NCBI GenBank assembly: GCA_963761335.1
Contig: CAVXGR010000024.1
Span: 1 to 64,000, forward strand
From: an uncultured delta proteobacterium
GTDB lineage: Bacteria > Desulfobacterota > Binatia > HRBIN30 > BPIQ01
Direction: 5' to 3'
DNA: 64,000 bases
Below are positions 20,543 to 30,766 of this stretch, one piece after another. A program made the translations under genes and the position numbers. How positions within the stretch are numbered: the stretch's first letter is position 1; the number at the start of each line of letters is the position of its first letter. Below the pieces are notes generated by a model, which ran no database searches, was not told where the DNA came from, and saw nothing but the letters and a program-made list of their open reading frames with translations.

Positions 20543-20959
20543 CTACTTCTGCAGCAGCCCTTTCCCGGGGACGTGGTTGATCTCCAGGCGAATGCCGTCC
20601 GGATCCTCAAAGAGCACGGAGTAGTACCCCGGTGCCCACGGGCCGTCTTCGGGCGGGTGGACGATGGTGGCGCCGATCGACTCGAGGAGCGCGTGGGCGG
20701 CGTCGACGTCGGCGCGCTCGCGGGCGCGGAAGCAGACGTGGTGCAGCCCGACCCGTTGTTGCGCGAAGCGTTCGCCGCGGTGGCTCTCGTCGCCCTGGAC
20801 AATACCGACCGCAGTGCGGCCGCCGACGCAGTAGAGATAGCCTTCCATGTCGAGCACCGGAGTGAGGCCGAGAAAGGAGAGGAGCTGCGCATAGAAGGGC
20901 TTGCATGCCGCGAAGTCGCTGACGGTGAGCATCACGTGGGCAATGCCGTTGATCTCCAT
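20543..20959 (-). CDS. VOC/glyoxalase family protein
   Basis: GIAHVMLTVSD, GLHHVCFRA, FEDPDGIRLE motifs. Confidence 0.88.
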   Translation of the reverse strand: MEINGIAHVMLTVSDFAACKPFYAQLLSFLGLTPVLDMEGYLYCVGGRTAVGIVQGDESHRGERFAQQRVGLHHVCFRARERADVDAAHALLESIGATIVHPPEDGPWAPGYYSVLFEDPDGIRLEINHVPGKGLLQK

Positions 20960-21056
20960 GGGACCTCTCCTTTCGCCGTGGCCAGAGAGCATCAGGCCGG
21001 CGGCCCTAAGGCAAGCGGGGATGGGGTCTCGCCGCCGGAAGCGAGGCGACGCTCCT

Positions 21057-21968
21057 CTACGTCGTCAGCCGCTTGTAGGCCGCCAGGTGGCGGAGTGCCT
21101 CGCGATGGCGGCCGGCCTGCTCGAGCAGGCGAGCCAGGTTGTAGTGGGCATCGGCGAAGTTGGTGTCCGCATCCAGGGCCCGGAGATAGTGGTTGATGGC
21201 TTCCGGGTGGCCGCCGTCGTCTTCGAGAACGAGAGCCAGATTGTAGTGGAGAATGGCATCGTGCGGGGCCCGCTCCAGGCCGCGCTGGTAGAGCAACACG
21301 GCGCCGGTGAGGTCACCCGCACTATGGGTGAGGCGGCCGAGGTTGACATAGGCGTCGATGTTGTCCGGCTCCCCCTCGAGAAGGCGGCGGTAGGTGGTGC
21401 GGGCAGCCTCCGGGTCGCTCTCCTCGAGCGCCAGCGCCTGCTCGAAGGAGATCTCGACGGGCTCGCGGCGCCTCGGCGCGGCGCTCCGGCGGCGGCGCTC
21501 GTCGGCGGGCACGACCACGCCGGCGCGGCGCGCCAGATCGTCGAGGTCGTAGGAGAAGAGCATCTGGCCGCTGCGCGGCTCCCAGCTCGAGCCCCCGTCG
21601 CGGACGATGATGGTGCCGCCGTCGGCGCAGATGCGCACGCCGGTGAGCGGGCGGCCGGGAGGCAGCTGCCGGGTGAGGTCGTCGAGGGCGCGGCGCACGG
21701 ACCGCGCTGGAACCCGGGCCTCGACCAGCGAGGCTGCGGCGCGCAGCAGCACGAGATCCTGGAACGAGAAGCGCCAGGCGTGGCCGCAGCGCGCCGGACG
21801 GCAGATGCCGGCGCGCACCAGAGACCGCAGGCGCGCCGCCGGTACGCCCAGAATGCGCGCCACCTCGCCGGTGGCGAAGGCGCCGGGCGGCGCCGCTCCG
21901 CGCCTTCGCGCCGGCGGACGGCGGCGCGTCGGGCGCGGCGAGGGGCGGGCTCTGAGGCGCTGCGCCAC
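21057..21968 (-). CDS. MerR-like HTH plus TPR-repeat protein
   Basis: N-terminal GEVARILGV...FSFQDLVLLR; C-terminal TPRs (AYVNLG, HYNLA). Confidence 0.8.
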   Translation of the reverse strand: MAQRLRARPSPRPTRRRPPARRRGAAPPGAFATGEVARILGVPAARLRSLVRAGICRPARCGHAWRFSFQDLVLLRAAASLVEARVPARSVRRALDDLTRQLPPGRPLTGVRICADGGTIIVRDGGSSWEPRSGQMLFSYDLDDLARRAGVVVPADERRRRSAAPRRREPVEISFEQALALEESDPEAARTTYRRLLEGEPDNIDAYVNLGRLTHSAGDLTGAVLLYQRGLERAPHDAILHYNLALVLEDDGGHPEAINHYLRALDADTNFADAHYNLARLLEQAGRHREALRHLAAYKRLTT

Positions 21969-21977
21969 GGCGACGGG

Positions 21978-22847
21978 TTACTTGGCGCCGGACTTGCGGG
22001 CCGCCGGTGCCTTGCTCCCCTTGGCGCGTGCCGGCTTCCGCGCCGCGGCGGGGGCGGCCTCCACCTTCTTCCCGCGCTTCGCCTGCAGGCTGGCCTTGAG
22101 AGCCTCCATGAGATCGATGATCTGGGCGCGCGGTGCCTCCGCCGGCGCCACGGCAATCTGCTCGCCGGCGATCTTCTGGTCGATCACCTCGAGGACGGTC
22201 TTGCGGTACTCGTCCTCGTACTTCTGCGGCTCGAAGCCCTCGGCGCCGAGCTGCTGGATCAGCTGTACCGCCAGCTCGATTTCCGCCTCCTTGATCGGCG
22301 CCCCCTCGCCGCGATCGATCTCGGAGAAATCCGAGACCTCGTCGGCGTAGTACAGGCCGTGGAGGATCAGGCCTCCCTGGGACTCGCGCAGGAGGACCAG
22401 CTGCTGCTTGCCGCGCGTCGAGAATCGCCCGATGGCTCCCTTGCCGGCGCGCGCCATGGCTTCGCAGAGAAGCCGGTAGGCCTTTTGTCCGCCCTTGTCG
22501 GGCCCGAGCAGATAGGCCCGCTCGAAGTACACCGGATCGACCTTGGCGATCGGCACGAACTCCTCGATCTCGATCGACTGGTCCGTTTTCTTCTCGAGGG
22601 CGCGAAGCTCCTCCTCCTCGAGAATGGCGTACTGGTTCTTGGCGTACTCGTACCCCTTCACCATGTCGCTGCGCTCGACGACCTCGTTGCAGGCGGCGCA
22701 CACATACTGCTGGCGCAGCCGCGACTTGTCCTTGGCGTGCAGGAGGTTGAAGGAGATGCTCTTCGAACGGGTGGCGGTGTAGAGCTTCACCGGCACCGAG
22801 ACCAGTCCAAAGCTGATGTTTCCGGAGGCGATTGCGCGCGCGGCCAT
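21978..22847 (-). CDS. ku: Non-homologous end-joining protein Ku
   Basis: ISFGLVSVPVKLY, VKGYEY, IEIEEFV, IDLMEALKASL and a basic tail. Confidence 0.95.
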   Translation of the reverse strand: MAARAIASGNISFGLVSVPVKLYTATRSKSISFNLLHAKDKSRLRQQYVCAACNEVVERSDMVKGYEYAKNQYAILEEEELRALEKKTDQSIEIEEFVPIAKVDPVYFERAYLLGPDKGGQKAYRLLCEAMARAGKGAIGRFSTRGKQQLVLLRESQGGLILHGLYYADEVSDFSEIDRGEGAPIKEAEIELAVQLIQQLGAEGFEPQKYEDEYRKTVLEVIDQKIAGEQIAVAPAEAPRAQIIDLMEALKASLQAKRGKKVEAAPAAARKPARAKGSKAPAARKSGAK

Positions 22848-22927
22848 AGGCATCCTCGTCTTCTGGGTCAACGGGAACCATAGCACTGACGGGGGCAGCG
22901 CGCGAGGAGAGAGCCGGGGATGGCTTA

Positions 22928-24466
22928 TCAGAACCGGCAGGCCGCCGACCGCGTCTTGGTGAGCATCGTTTGGCAGACCACCGCCTCGCCGTTGCGGCAG
23001 CGGAACTCCAGCAGGAAGTGGCGCGCCGCGCGCCGCAGCGCGACGTTGTCCGGGGTGATGCGCTGCACCAGGCTCCAGGCCAGCACATTCCCCTCGAAGT
23101 GGTGGAGGCGGCAAGCGCGTTCGGCGATGCGATGGAGAATGCTCTGCTTGAGGATGTCGCGATACTCCGTCGGAACCTTGATCCAGCGGACGTCGTGTAG
23201 ATACGACTGCAGCAGCACGGCGCGCAGGGAGTCCGGGAACACGGCCATGGGTGGCAGCCGCTCGACCTTTCCGGGAAAGGCAACCTCCCATACCTCGTAG
23301 GCGACAGAAAAGTTCTTGCGGTCGATCCAGTTGAAGAGCTGGTAGTCCTGCGCCAGGCCGGCGAACCACAATGCCGCGTAGGCGGGCTGATGGACCTGGC
23401 CGATGACCGGCAGGCGGCGCATCATGGCCAGGGTCAGGGCCAGCACCAGGGCGAGGGCGCAGCGGCCGGCGCGGTCGATCACGGTGGCCCGCTGCAAGCG
23501 CGGACGGCTGCCGTGGCGCAGAACCCAGTCCATGATCTCCTCGCGGAAGAAGAGCACGGCACTGGCCATCATCGCGAGGTTGGCGAAGGGGATGCGCAGA
23601 GTGGCGATGATACCGAGATGAAACCCCTGCTGCGCCAGCAACCCCAGCCACTTGAGCGGATGGTTCTTGCGCAGCAGGAGCAGCACGGGAATGAGCGGCT
23701 CGATGACCAGCGCCGCCCAGGTGGCGAGCCGCAGCCCCGGCAGCTGGCTCGGCGTCCAGAAATCCGGGGCGCGCGAGATCGGCAGCCGCAGCGTGGCGTA
23801 CAGGGCAAAGCCGCTGTGCCACATCGGGCTCTCCAGCTTCCACAGGCCGGCGGTCAGATACACCAGGCACATGTTGAGCATCAGGCCCCACACGGCGGCG
23901 CCCGGTACCGTCACCTGGGTCCAGCGCCGCCAGGCGGCGCCGCGCTGCCGCAGCCATTCGGAGAGGACGAGGGTGCGCCCGGCGGGCAGCAGGATCAGCC
24001 AGAGCAGCAGCAGGTGCATGATCGAATCGTCCACGTACATGACGATGAAGTTCCAGCGGTAGGTGCTCACCGCGATCAGGAACAGCGCCGTGGCCCAGAA
24101 GCGCACCCGATGCCCGGCGGCGATCGCCAGCGAGCCCACGCAGCCGAAGGCGAAGGCGGCGTAGAAGAAACTGGCCGACAGCGGCGGCTGAAAGAGGCTG
24201 ACGCGGGTGTACCAGAAGACGCGCTGCAACAGCTGGTGATCGAGCAGGCCGTCGGGAGCGCTGAAGTCCGGCACCTCGGTGCTCAGGCTGACGAAGTAGG
24301 CGAAGCAGAGAAGTCCGGCGAGGATGCGAAAGACGTCGACCGGGAGCGCGTAGGTCTCACGCAGGAGGAGCCTGCGGAGACGCTCCATCGGGCGCCGGCG
24401 TGCCGCGGCGGCCGCCGCCGCAGGGAGCGGCGCCGCAGACGCCTCGGCGAGTTCCTCGGCCTGCAT
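22928..24466 (-). CDS. HTTM-domain (vitamin K-dependent gamma-carboxylase-like) membrane protein
   Basis: VYLTAGLWKL...W..G and FHLGI motifs; many TM segments. Confidence 0.7.
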   Translation of the reverse strand: MQAEELAEASAAPLPAAAAAAARRRPMERLRRLLLRETYALPVDVFRILAGLLCFAYFVSLSTEVPDFSAPDGLLDHQLLQRVFWYTRVSLFQPPLSASFFYAAFAFGCVGSLAIAAGHRVRFWATALFLIAVSTYRWNFIVMYVDDSIMHLLLLWLILLPAGRTLVLSEWLRQRGAAWRRWTQVTVPGAAVWGLMLNMCLVYLTAGLWKLESPMWHSGFALYATLRLPISRAPDFWTPSQLPGLRLATWAALVIEPLIPVLLLLRKNHPLKWLGLLAQQGFHLGIIATLRIPFANLAMMASAVLFFREEIMDWVLRHGSRPRLQRATVIDRAGRCALALVLALTLAMMRRLPVIGQVHQPAYAALWFAGLAQDYQLFNWIDRKNFSVAYEVWEVAFPGKVERLPPMAVFPDSLRAVLLQSYLHDVRWIKVPTEYRDILKQSILHRIAERACRLHHFEGNVLAWSLVQRITPDNVALRRAARHFLLEFRCRNGEAVVCQTMLTKTRSAACRF

Positions 24467-24599
24467 CGCGCCCGGATACCACGAGCCCCCGGCCGCACGC
24501 GAGTGCCATCCCTCCGCCCCCGCCCTTCCTCCCTTTTCTTTTCCTCGCGCCCGGGGTTTACTCCGCCCGGGGAGCAACCACCTTCAGGCGGAGGACGGA

Positions 24600-25244
24600 A
24601 TGGATCTAGCGACGGTAGACCACCTGCTGACGACGACGCGCTCGGTGCGCAAGCGCCTCGACTTCGGCCGCCCGGTCGAGCGCGAGGTGATCGAGAAGTG
24701 CATCGAGATCGCCTGTCAGGCGCCCACGGGCTCGAACACCCAGGGTTGGCACTTCGTGGTGGTCACCGACGCGGAGAAGCGCCGCAGAATCGGCGCTCTG
24801 TACGAGAAGGCGTTCGCTGCCTATGTGAACATGAACACCCGCCCGCCACTGAGCGAGGAGGATCCGCGGGCGCGCCAGCTGCCAAGGGTGCTCGACTCGG
24901 CGACCTATCTGGCGGCGCACCTGCACGAGGCGCCGGTGATGATCGTTCCCTGCCTCGAGGGCCGGGTGGACAACGGTCCGGTGGTGAGTCAGGCCTCTTT
25001 CTACGGCTCGATTCTGCCGGCGACCTGGTCGCTCATGCTGGCGCTGCGGGCCCGCGGCCTGGGCTCGGCGTGGACGACGCTGCACCTCGTCTACGAGAGA
25101 GAGGTCGCCGAGCTGCTGGGCATTCCCGCGCCGGTGACGCAGGCGGCTCTGCTGCCGGTGGCCTACTTCAAGGGACGGGACTTCAAGCCCGCCGAGAGGC
25201 TCCCGGCAAAGCAGCGCACGCACTGGAACGATTGGACGGAGTGA
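24600..25244 (+). CDS. Nitroreductase family protein
   Basis: TTRSVRKRLD, APTGSNTQGW, ARGLGSAWT motifs. Confidence 0.92.
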   Translation: MDLATVDHLLTTTRSVRKRLDFGRPVEREVIEKCIEIACQAPTGSNTQGWHFVVVTDAEKRRRIGALYEKAFAAYVNMNTRPPLSEEDPRARQLPRVLDSATYLAAHLHEAPVMIVPCLEGRVDNGPVVSQASFYGSILPATWSLMLALRARGLGSAWTTLHLVYEREVAELLGIPAPVTQAALLPVAYFKGRDFKPAERLPAKQRTHWNDWTE

Positions 25245-25255
25245 GGGCGGCGCCG

Positions 25256-26065
25256 ATGGCCATCCGTTTCGAGCTGCCGGATGAACACCCCGGCGTTGCG
25301 GTGGTGACCATCGACCGGCCGGAGCAGGCAAACGCGCTCGACCTGCCGTCGCTCCAGGCCCTCGCCGACGCCTGGCGGCGCATCGCCGCGGACGAGGACA
25401 TCCGTTGCGCCGTGCTCACCGGCGCCGGCTCGCGGGTGTTCTGCGCCGGCATGGACATGAAGTCGACGATCCCGGTATCGCAGCGCCTGGCGCGCGGCGA
25501 GCGCATCGACGCGGCGTCCTTCGCGGCGCTGCGCAGCGTGTCGACGGCGCTGCTCGCCGGCTTCGATCTGCGCACGCCGCTCGTCTGCGCCGTGAACGGC
25601 CACGCCCGCGCCGGCGGCTTCGATCTGATGCTGGCCTCCGAGATCCGCATCGCCGTCCCCGAGGCGACTTTTGCTCTCGAGGAGGTGGCCCTCGGATTGT
25701 ACCCCACCGGCAACGCCACCGTGCTTCTTCCCCGGCAGATCCCCTGGGTCCATGCCCACGAGCTGCTGCTCACCGGTCGTGCCATCGACGCGCAGCGCGC
25801 CGCACACATCGGGCTGGTGAACCGTCTGGTCGATGCCGCCGACCTGATGCCGGCGGCGCTGGAGACCGCGGATGCCATCGCCGCCAACGCGCCCTTGGCG
25901 GTGCGCGAGACGCGCCGCGGGGTTCGCGAGATTCTCTCCGCGCCGCTGCGGGAGGCCTATCGCCGCCAGGAAGAGATCGGCGCGCCGCTGCGCCGCACCG
26001 ACGACGCTCGCGAGGCGCAGCGGGCCTTTGTCGAGAAGCGGCGCCCGCGCTGGCGGGGGCGCTGA
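25256..26065 (+). CDS. Enoyl-CoA hydratase/isomerase
   Basis: FCAGMD, AVNGHARAGG, AFVEKRRPRW motifs. Confidence 0.9.
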   Translation: MAIRFELPDEHPGVAVVTIDRPEQANALDLPSLQALADAWRRIAADEDIRCAVLTGAGSRVFCAGMDMKSTIPVSQRLARGERIDAASFAALRSVSTALLAGFDLRTPLVCAVNGHARAGGFDLMLASEIRIAVPEATFALEEVALGLYPTGNATVLLPRQIPWVHAHELLLTGRAIDAQRAAHIGLVNRLVDAADLMPAALETADAIAANAPLAVRETRRGVREILSAPLREAYRRQEEIGAPLRRTDDAREAQRAFVEKRRPRWRGR

Positions 26066-26183
26066 AGCGCCCGGGCGCCTCGGTCGAAATTTGAATACTC
26101 TCGAATCACCCTTAGGGTTTCTACCAACTTTTCAATGGGGCTCCTTTCGGGCAAAATGCGATTGGGCGAAATGGAGGTCCCTG

Positions 26184-26801
26184 ATGGCGGCTGAAGAACC
26201 GACCGTCTTTGTCGTCGACGACGATCCGGCGATGCGAGAATCTCTCAACTGGTTGATCGAGTCGGTCGGCTTGCGCGTCGAGACCTTTTCCACCGCACAC
26301 GATTTTCTGAAGGCGTACGCCGCTCCGCGGGCGGGCTGCCTCGTCCTCGACGTGCGCATGCCCGGGATGAGCGGGCTGGAGCTGCAGAACGAGCTGCTGG
26401 CGCGGCGGAGCCGTATCCCGATCATCATGATCACCGGCTATGCCGAGGTGCCGATGGCCGTCGGCGCGCTGCGGGCGGGCGCCGTCGATTTTCTGGAGAA
26501 GCCGTTCAGCGACCAGCAGCTGCTGGATCGCATTCGCCAGGCGATCGAGCTGGACCGCGGGCGGCGCGAGTCGGAGGAGAGGATCGACGTGGTGATGGCC
26601 ACCATCGCCTCGCTGACGCGCCGCGAGCGCGAGGTCATGCGCCTGGTGGTGCAGGGAAAATCGAACAAGGCGATCGCCGCCGCTCTGGGCCTCAGCCCGA
26701 AGACCGTCGAGGTGCACCGCTCGCATGTGATGGAGAAGATGAAGGTCGGCTCGCTCGCCGAGCTGATTCGCCTGGTTCTGCCACTCGAGCTGGACGAGTA
26801 G
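26184..26801 (+). CDS. FixJ-family response regulator
   Basis: VVDDD, LDVRMPGMSG, FLEKP and a LuxR HTH. Confidence 0.92.
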   Translation: MAAEEPTVFVVDDDPAMRESLNWLIESVGLRVETFSTAHDFLKAYAAPRAGCLVLDVRMPGMSGLELQNELLARRSRIPIIMITGYAEVPMAVGALRAGAVDFLEKPFSDQQLLDRIRQAIELDRGRRESEERIDVVMATIASLTRREREVMRLVVQGKSNKAIAAALGLSPKTVEVHRSHVMEKMKVGSLAELIRLVLPLELDE

Positions 26802-26857
26802 GTCCGGCGGCCCCCGCGTCCCCTTGGACGCCGGCCATGCCGTGTTATGCTACCGGC

Positions 26858-29524
26858 ATGGAGCTCAGGCCCGCAGGCGACAGCCCGACCAATGAGACCG
26901 GCGACTGGATCGAGTCTTTCGACGCCGTCATCCGAGAGAACGGGCCGAGGCGCGCTCGCCAGATTCTCGCCCAGCTGATCGAGCACGGATTTCAGCGCGG
27001 CGTCACGGCGCCTTTTGTCGCCAACACCCCGTACGTCAACACCATCCCGCTGGAGGACCAGCCCGTATACCCGGGAGACCGGGAGATCGAGCGCCGCATC
27101 AAGAATTTCACGCGCTGGAATGCGGCGGCGATGGTGGTGCAGGCGAACAAGCACTCGGGGGGCATCGGCGGACACATCTCCACCTACGCCTCTCTGTCGA
27201 CCCTGCTCGAGGTTGGCTTCAACCACTTCTTTCTCGCCCACACCCCGGAGGCGGCGGGAGACTTTCTCTACCTCCAGGGGCATTCGGCGCCGGGCGTTTA
27301 CGCCCACGCTTTTCTCGAGGGGCGGCTCACCGCCGAGAAGCTGGCCAACTTCCGCCGCGAGCTGGCGCCGGGGGGCGGCCTGTCGTCCTATCCGCATCCC
27401 TGGCTCATGCCGGATTTCTGGGAATGGCCGACCGTCTCCATGGGCCTGAGCGCCATCTCGGCGATCTACCAGGCGCGTTTCAATCGCTACCTGGCGGCGC
27501 GCGGCCTGGAGAACACCGAGCGCAGCCGCGTCTGGGCCTTTCTCGGCGATGGCGAGATGGATGAGCCGGAGAGCATGGGCGCCATCACCCTGGCGTCGCG
27601 CGAGCAGCTCGACAATCTCATCTTCGTGGTGAACTGCAACCTGCAGCGGCTCGACGGACCGGTGCGCGGCAACGGCAAGATCATTCAGGAGCTGGAGGCG
27701 GCCTTCCGCGGCGCCGGCTGGAACGTGATCAAGGTGATCTGGGGCGACGATTGGGATCCCCTCCTGGCACGCGACGGCGAGGGGCGCCTGGTGAAGCGCA
27801 TGGGCGAGGTGGTCGACGGCGAGTTTCAGAAGTACACCGTGGAGTCCGGCGCCTACATCCGCGAGCATTTCTTCGGCACCGATCCAAAGCTCCTGGAGCT
27901 GGTCGCGGGGCTGACCGACGCCAAGCTGCGGCGGTTGCGCCGTGGCGGCCACGATCCGGAGAAGATCTACGCCGCCTACAAGAGCGCCGTCGAGTACACC
28001 GGCGCTCCAACTGTCATTCTGGCAAAGACCATCAAGGGGTACCTTCTCGGTGCCGCCGCCGAGGGGCGCAACATCTCGCACCAGGCCAAGAAGCTCAACG
28101 AGAAAGAGCTGCGCGACTTCCGCGACCGTCTGGGGATTCCCATCAACGATCACGACCTGCCGGAGATGCCCTTCTACCGGCCTGCGGAAGACAGCGAGGA
28201 GATCCAGTACCTGCGCGAGCGCCGCGCCGCGCTCGGCGGCCCGGTGCCGCGGCGGATCATTCGCTCCAAGCCACTGGCCGAGGTGCCGGCGGAGCTCTTC
28301 GACGAGTTTCGCGCCGGCAGTCGGGATCGCGAGGTGGCGACCACGCAGGTGTTCGTCAGCCTGCTGCGGCGGCTGATGAGCGACCAGGAGATCGGCAAGC
28401 TGATCGTGCCCATCGTCCCCGACGAGGCGCGCACCTTCGGCATGGACTCGCTCTTCCGCAAGTTCGGCATCTACTCGCAGCAGGGGCAGAGATACGAGCC
28501 CGTGGACTCGGACATCGTCGCCTACTATCGCGAGGCCAAGGACGGCCAGCTGCTCATGGAAGGGATCACCGAGGCCGGCTCGATGGCGTCCTTTACGGCC
28601 GCGGGCACGGCGTACGCCGCGCACGGGGTGAACACGATTCCGTTCTTCCTCTTCTATTCGATGTTTGGGTTTCAGCGGATCGGCGATCTCATCTGGCAGA
28701 ACGCCGACGCGCGCGGCAAGGGCTTTCTGCTCGGCTGCACCGCCGGCCGCACCACCCTGGCCGGGGAAGGCCTCCAGCACCAGGACGGGCACAGCCAGGT
28801 GCTGATGAGCGTCGTGCCGACCGTGCGCGCCTACGATCCGGCGTACGCCTACGAGATCGCGGTGATCGTCGAGGACGGTATCCGCCGCATGTACATCGAC
28901 CGCGAGGACGCTTTCTATTACCTGACGCTCACCAACGAGGCGTACGTGCAGCCGGCGATGCCCGCCGGCGCCGAGGAGGGCATCCTGCGAGGGCTCTACA
29001 AGCTGCGGCCGGCCGCCGACCCGGAGGCCGGGCCACGGCTCCACCTCTTCGGCAGCGGTGCCATCTTGCACGAGGCGCTGCGCGCCCAGGACCTGCTGGC
29101 CGAGCGCGGCGTCGCCGCCGACGTGTGGAGCGTCACCAGCTACACGCAGCTGCGGCGCGAAGCGTTGGAAGCGGCGCGCTGGAACATGCTGCACCCCGGC
29201 GACGAGCAGCGCCAGGCGTACGTCACCCGCACCCTCGCCGAGGAGCCGTGGCCGATCGTCGCCGCCACCGACTACATGAAGATCGTCGCCGAGCAGATCC
29301 GCCCCTACGTGCCCGCCGGCCTGCACCCCCTGGGCACCGACGGCTTCGGGCGCAGCGAGACCCGCGAGTCGCTGCGCCGCTTCTTCGAGGTGGACGCCGA
29401 GTCCATCTGCGTGGCGGGTCTCTATCAGCTGGCGCTGCGCGGCGAGGTGAGCGCCGGCACTGTGCAGCAGGCGATCGAGGAGCTCGGCATCGATCCCGAC
29501 AAGGCGTCGCCGGCACAGAGCTGA
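26858..29524 (+). CDS. aceE: Pyruvate dehydrogenase E1, homodimeric type
   Basis: GGHISTYAS, TVSMGL, GDGEMDEPES, NCNLQRLDGPV, GTDGFGRS motifs. Confidence 0.96.
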   Translation: MELRPAGDSPTNETGDWIESFDAVIRENGPRRARQILAQLIEHGFQRGVTAPFVANTPYVNTIPLEDQPVYPGDREIERRIKNFTRWNAAAMVVQANKHSGGIGGHISTYASLSTLLEVGFNHFFLAHTPEAAGDFLYLQGHSAPGVYAHAFLEGRLTAEKLANFRRELAPGGGLSSYPHPWLMPDFWEWPTVSMGLSAISAIYQARFNRYLAARGLENTERSRVWAFLGDGEMDEPESMGAITLASREQLDNLIFVVNCNLQRLDGPVRGNGKIIQELEAAFRGAGWNVIKVIWGDDWDPLLARDGEGRLVKRMGEVVDGEFQKYTVESGAYIREHFFGTDPKLLELVAGLTDAKLRRLRRGGHDPEKIYAAYKSAVEYTGAPTVILAKTIKGYLLGAAAEGRNISHQAKKLNEKELRDFRDRLGIPINDHDLPEMPFYRPAEDSEEIQYLRERRAALGGPVPRRIIRSKPLAEVPAELFDEFRAGSRDREVATTQVFVSLLRRLMSDQEIGKLIVPIVPDEARTFGMDSLFRKFGIYSQQGQRYEPVDSDIVAYYREAKDGQLLMEGITEAGSMASFTAAGTAYAAHGVNTIPFFLFYSMFGFQRIGDLIWQNADARGKGFLLGCTAGRTTLAGEGLQHQDGHSQVLMSVVPTVRAYDPAYAYEIAVIVEDGIRRMYIDREDAFYYLTLTNEAYVQPAMPAGAEEGILRGLYKLRPAADPEAGPRLHLFGSGAILHEALRAQDLLAERGVAADVWSVTSYTQLRREALEAARWNMLHPGDEQRQAYVTRTLAEEPWPIVAATDYMKIVAEQIRPYVPAGLHPLGTDGFGRSETRESLRRFFEVDAESICVAGLYQLALRGEVSAGTVQQAIEELGIDPDKASPAQS

Positions 29525-29559
29525 GGCGCGCGGCCCAGGCCCGCAGCCCGGGAGGCGAT

Positions 29560-29608
29560 GTAGAAGCGGCGTCTCGCCGATTCGGAAGCGCCGGGACGCC
29601 GCTTCTAC
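29560..29608. repeat. GTAG-family REP doublet, copy 2
   Basis: GTAGAAGCGGCGTCTCGCCGATTCGGAAGCGCCGGGACGCCGCTTCTAC. Confidence 0.85.
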
Positions 29609-29688
29609 TTCTGAGGCATGCCCGGAACCCGCGTCGATACCCCGGGGTTCTTCCGCCAAGGCGGTGAAACGGGCATATTGACGCCGAC

Positions 29689-30714
29689 GTGAGTTGCCGT
29701 GATCAGCTGGGGCGTCCGCTGCGAAACCTCCGGGTTTCGGTGACGGACCGGTGCAATCTCCGCTGCCAGTACTGCATGCCGGAAGAGGAGTACGTCTGGC
29801 TGCCGCGACACGACATCCTGCATTTCGAGGAGATCAGCCGCCTGCTCGACGTGTTCCTTCGTCTGGGCGTGGATCGCCTGCGGCTGACCGGGGGCGAGCC
29901 GCTGCTGCGGCGCGACCTGCCGGATCTGGTGCGCATGTTGGCGGCGAAGCCGGGGCTCCGGGATCTGGCCCTCACCACCAACGGCATTCTTCTCGGCGGC
30001 GCGGCGAGGCCGCTGTTCGAAGCGGGGCTCCACCGCGTCACCGTCAGTCTCGACACCTTGCGCCCCGACCGCTTTCGCGCCCTGACGCGCCGCGACGGTC
30101 TGGCCCAGGTAAAGAGCGGGATCGAAGCGGCGCGCGCCGCCGGGTTCGCGGGGCGCTTGAAGCTGGACAGCGTCGTCATGCGCGGCGTCAACGACGACGA
30201 GATCTTCGCCCTCATCGACTATGCCAGATCGGTCGGCGCCGAGGTGCGCTTCATCGAGTACATGGACGTCGGCGGCGCCACGCAGTGGTCGATGGATCGG
30301 GTGGTGTCGCGCGCCGAGATTCTCGAGCGGCTGGCGGCGCACTACGGCGGCGTCGAGACCCTGCCCGAGGAGAGCTCGGCCCCCGCGGATCGCTTTGCGC
30401 TCACCGACGGCACCGTCTTCGGGGTGATCTCCTCGACCACCGCGCCGTTCTGTCGCTCCTGTGACCGCAGTCGTCTGACCGCGGACGGCCTCTGGTACCT
30501 GTGCCTCTACGGGCGCAGCGGCATCGACCTTCGCCAGGCGCTGCGCGGCGGCGCCTCCGATGACGAGATCGCCGCACTGATTGCCGCCAACTGGCAGAGC
30601 CGCCGCGACCGCGGCGCCGAGGAGCGGCTCGATGCGGCGCGGCGCGATACCCTGGTCGGGCCGGCTGACTTGCGCCGCGACCCGCATTTGGAGATGCACA
30701 CGCGCGGCGGCTGA
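29689..30714 (+). CDS. moaA: GTP 3',8-cyclase MoaA
   Basis: CNLRCQYC radical SAM motif, FCRSCDR cluster, C-terminal GG. Confidence 0.96.
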   Translation: MSCRDQLGRPLRNLRVSVTDRCNLRCQYCMPEEEYVWLPRHDILHFEEISRLLDVFLRLGVDRLRLTGGEPLLRRDLPDLVRMLAAKPGLRDLALTTNGILLGGAARPLFEAGLHRVTVSLDTLRPDRFRALTRRDGLAQVKSGIEAARAAGFAGRLKLDSVVMRGVNDDEIFALIDYARSVGAEVRFIEYMDVGGATQWSMDRVVSRAEILERLAAHYGGVETLPEESSAPADRFALTDGTVFGVISSTTAPFCRSCDRSRLTADGLWYLCLYGRSGIDLRQALRGGASDDEIAALIAANWQSRRDRGAEERLDAARRDTLVGPADLRRDPHLEMHTRGG

Positions 30715-30766
30715 CGCCGGTTGATACCTGGCTCGAGAAAAAGTGGACGACAAAGGAGCGGTGCAC

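Noticed and set aside
21978..23957. 659-aa Ku fusion protein
   Set aside because: The extension overlaps the HTTM gene in another frame; Ku homology begins at 22847.
26438..29659. 1073-aa minus-strand ORF and similar long antisense ORFs elsewhere
   Set aside because: Expected shadows of high-GC genes such as aceE; no recognisable motifs.
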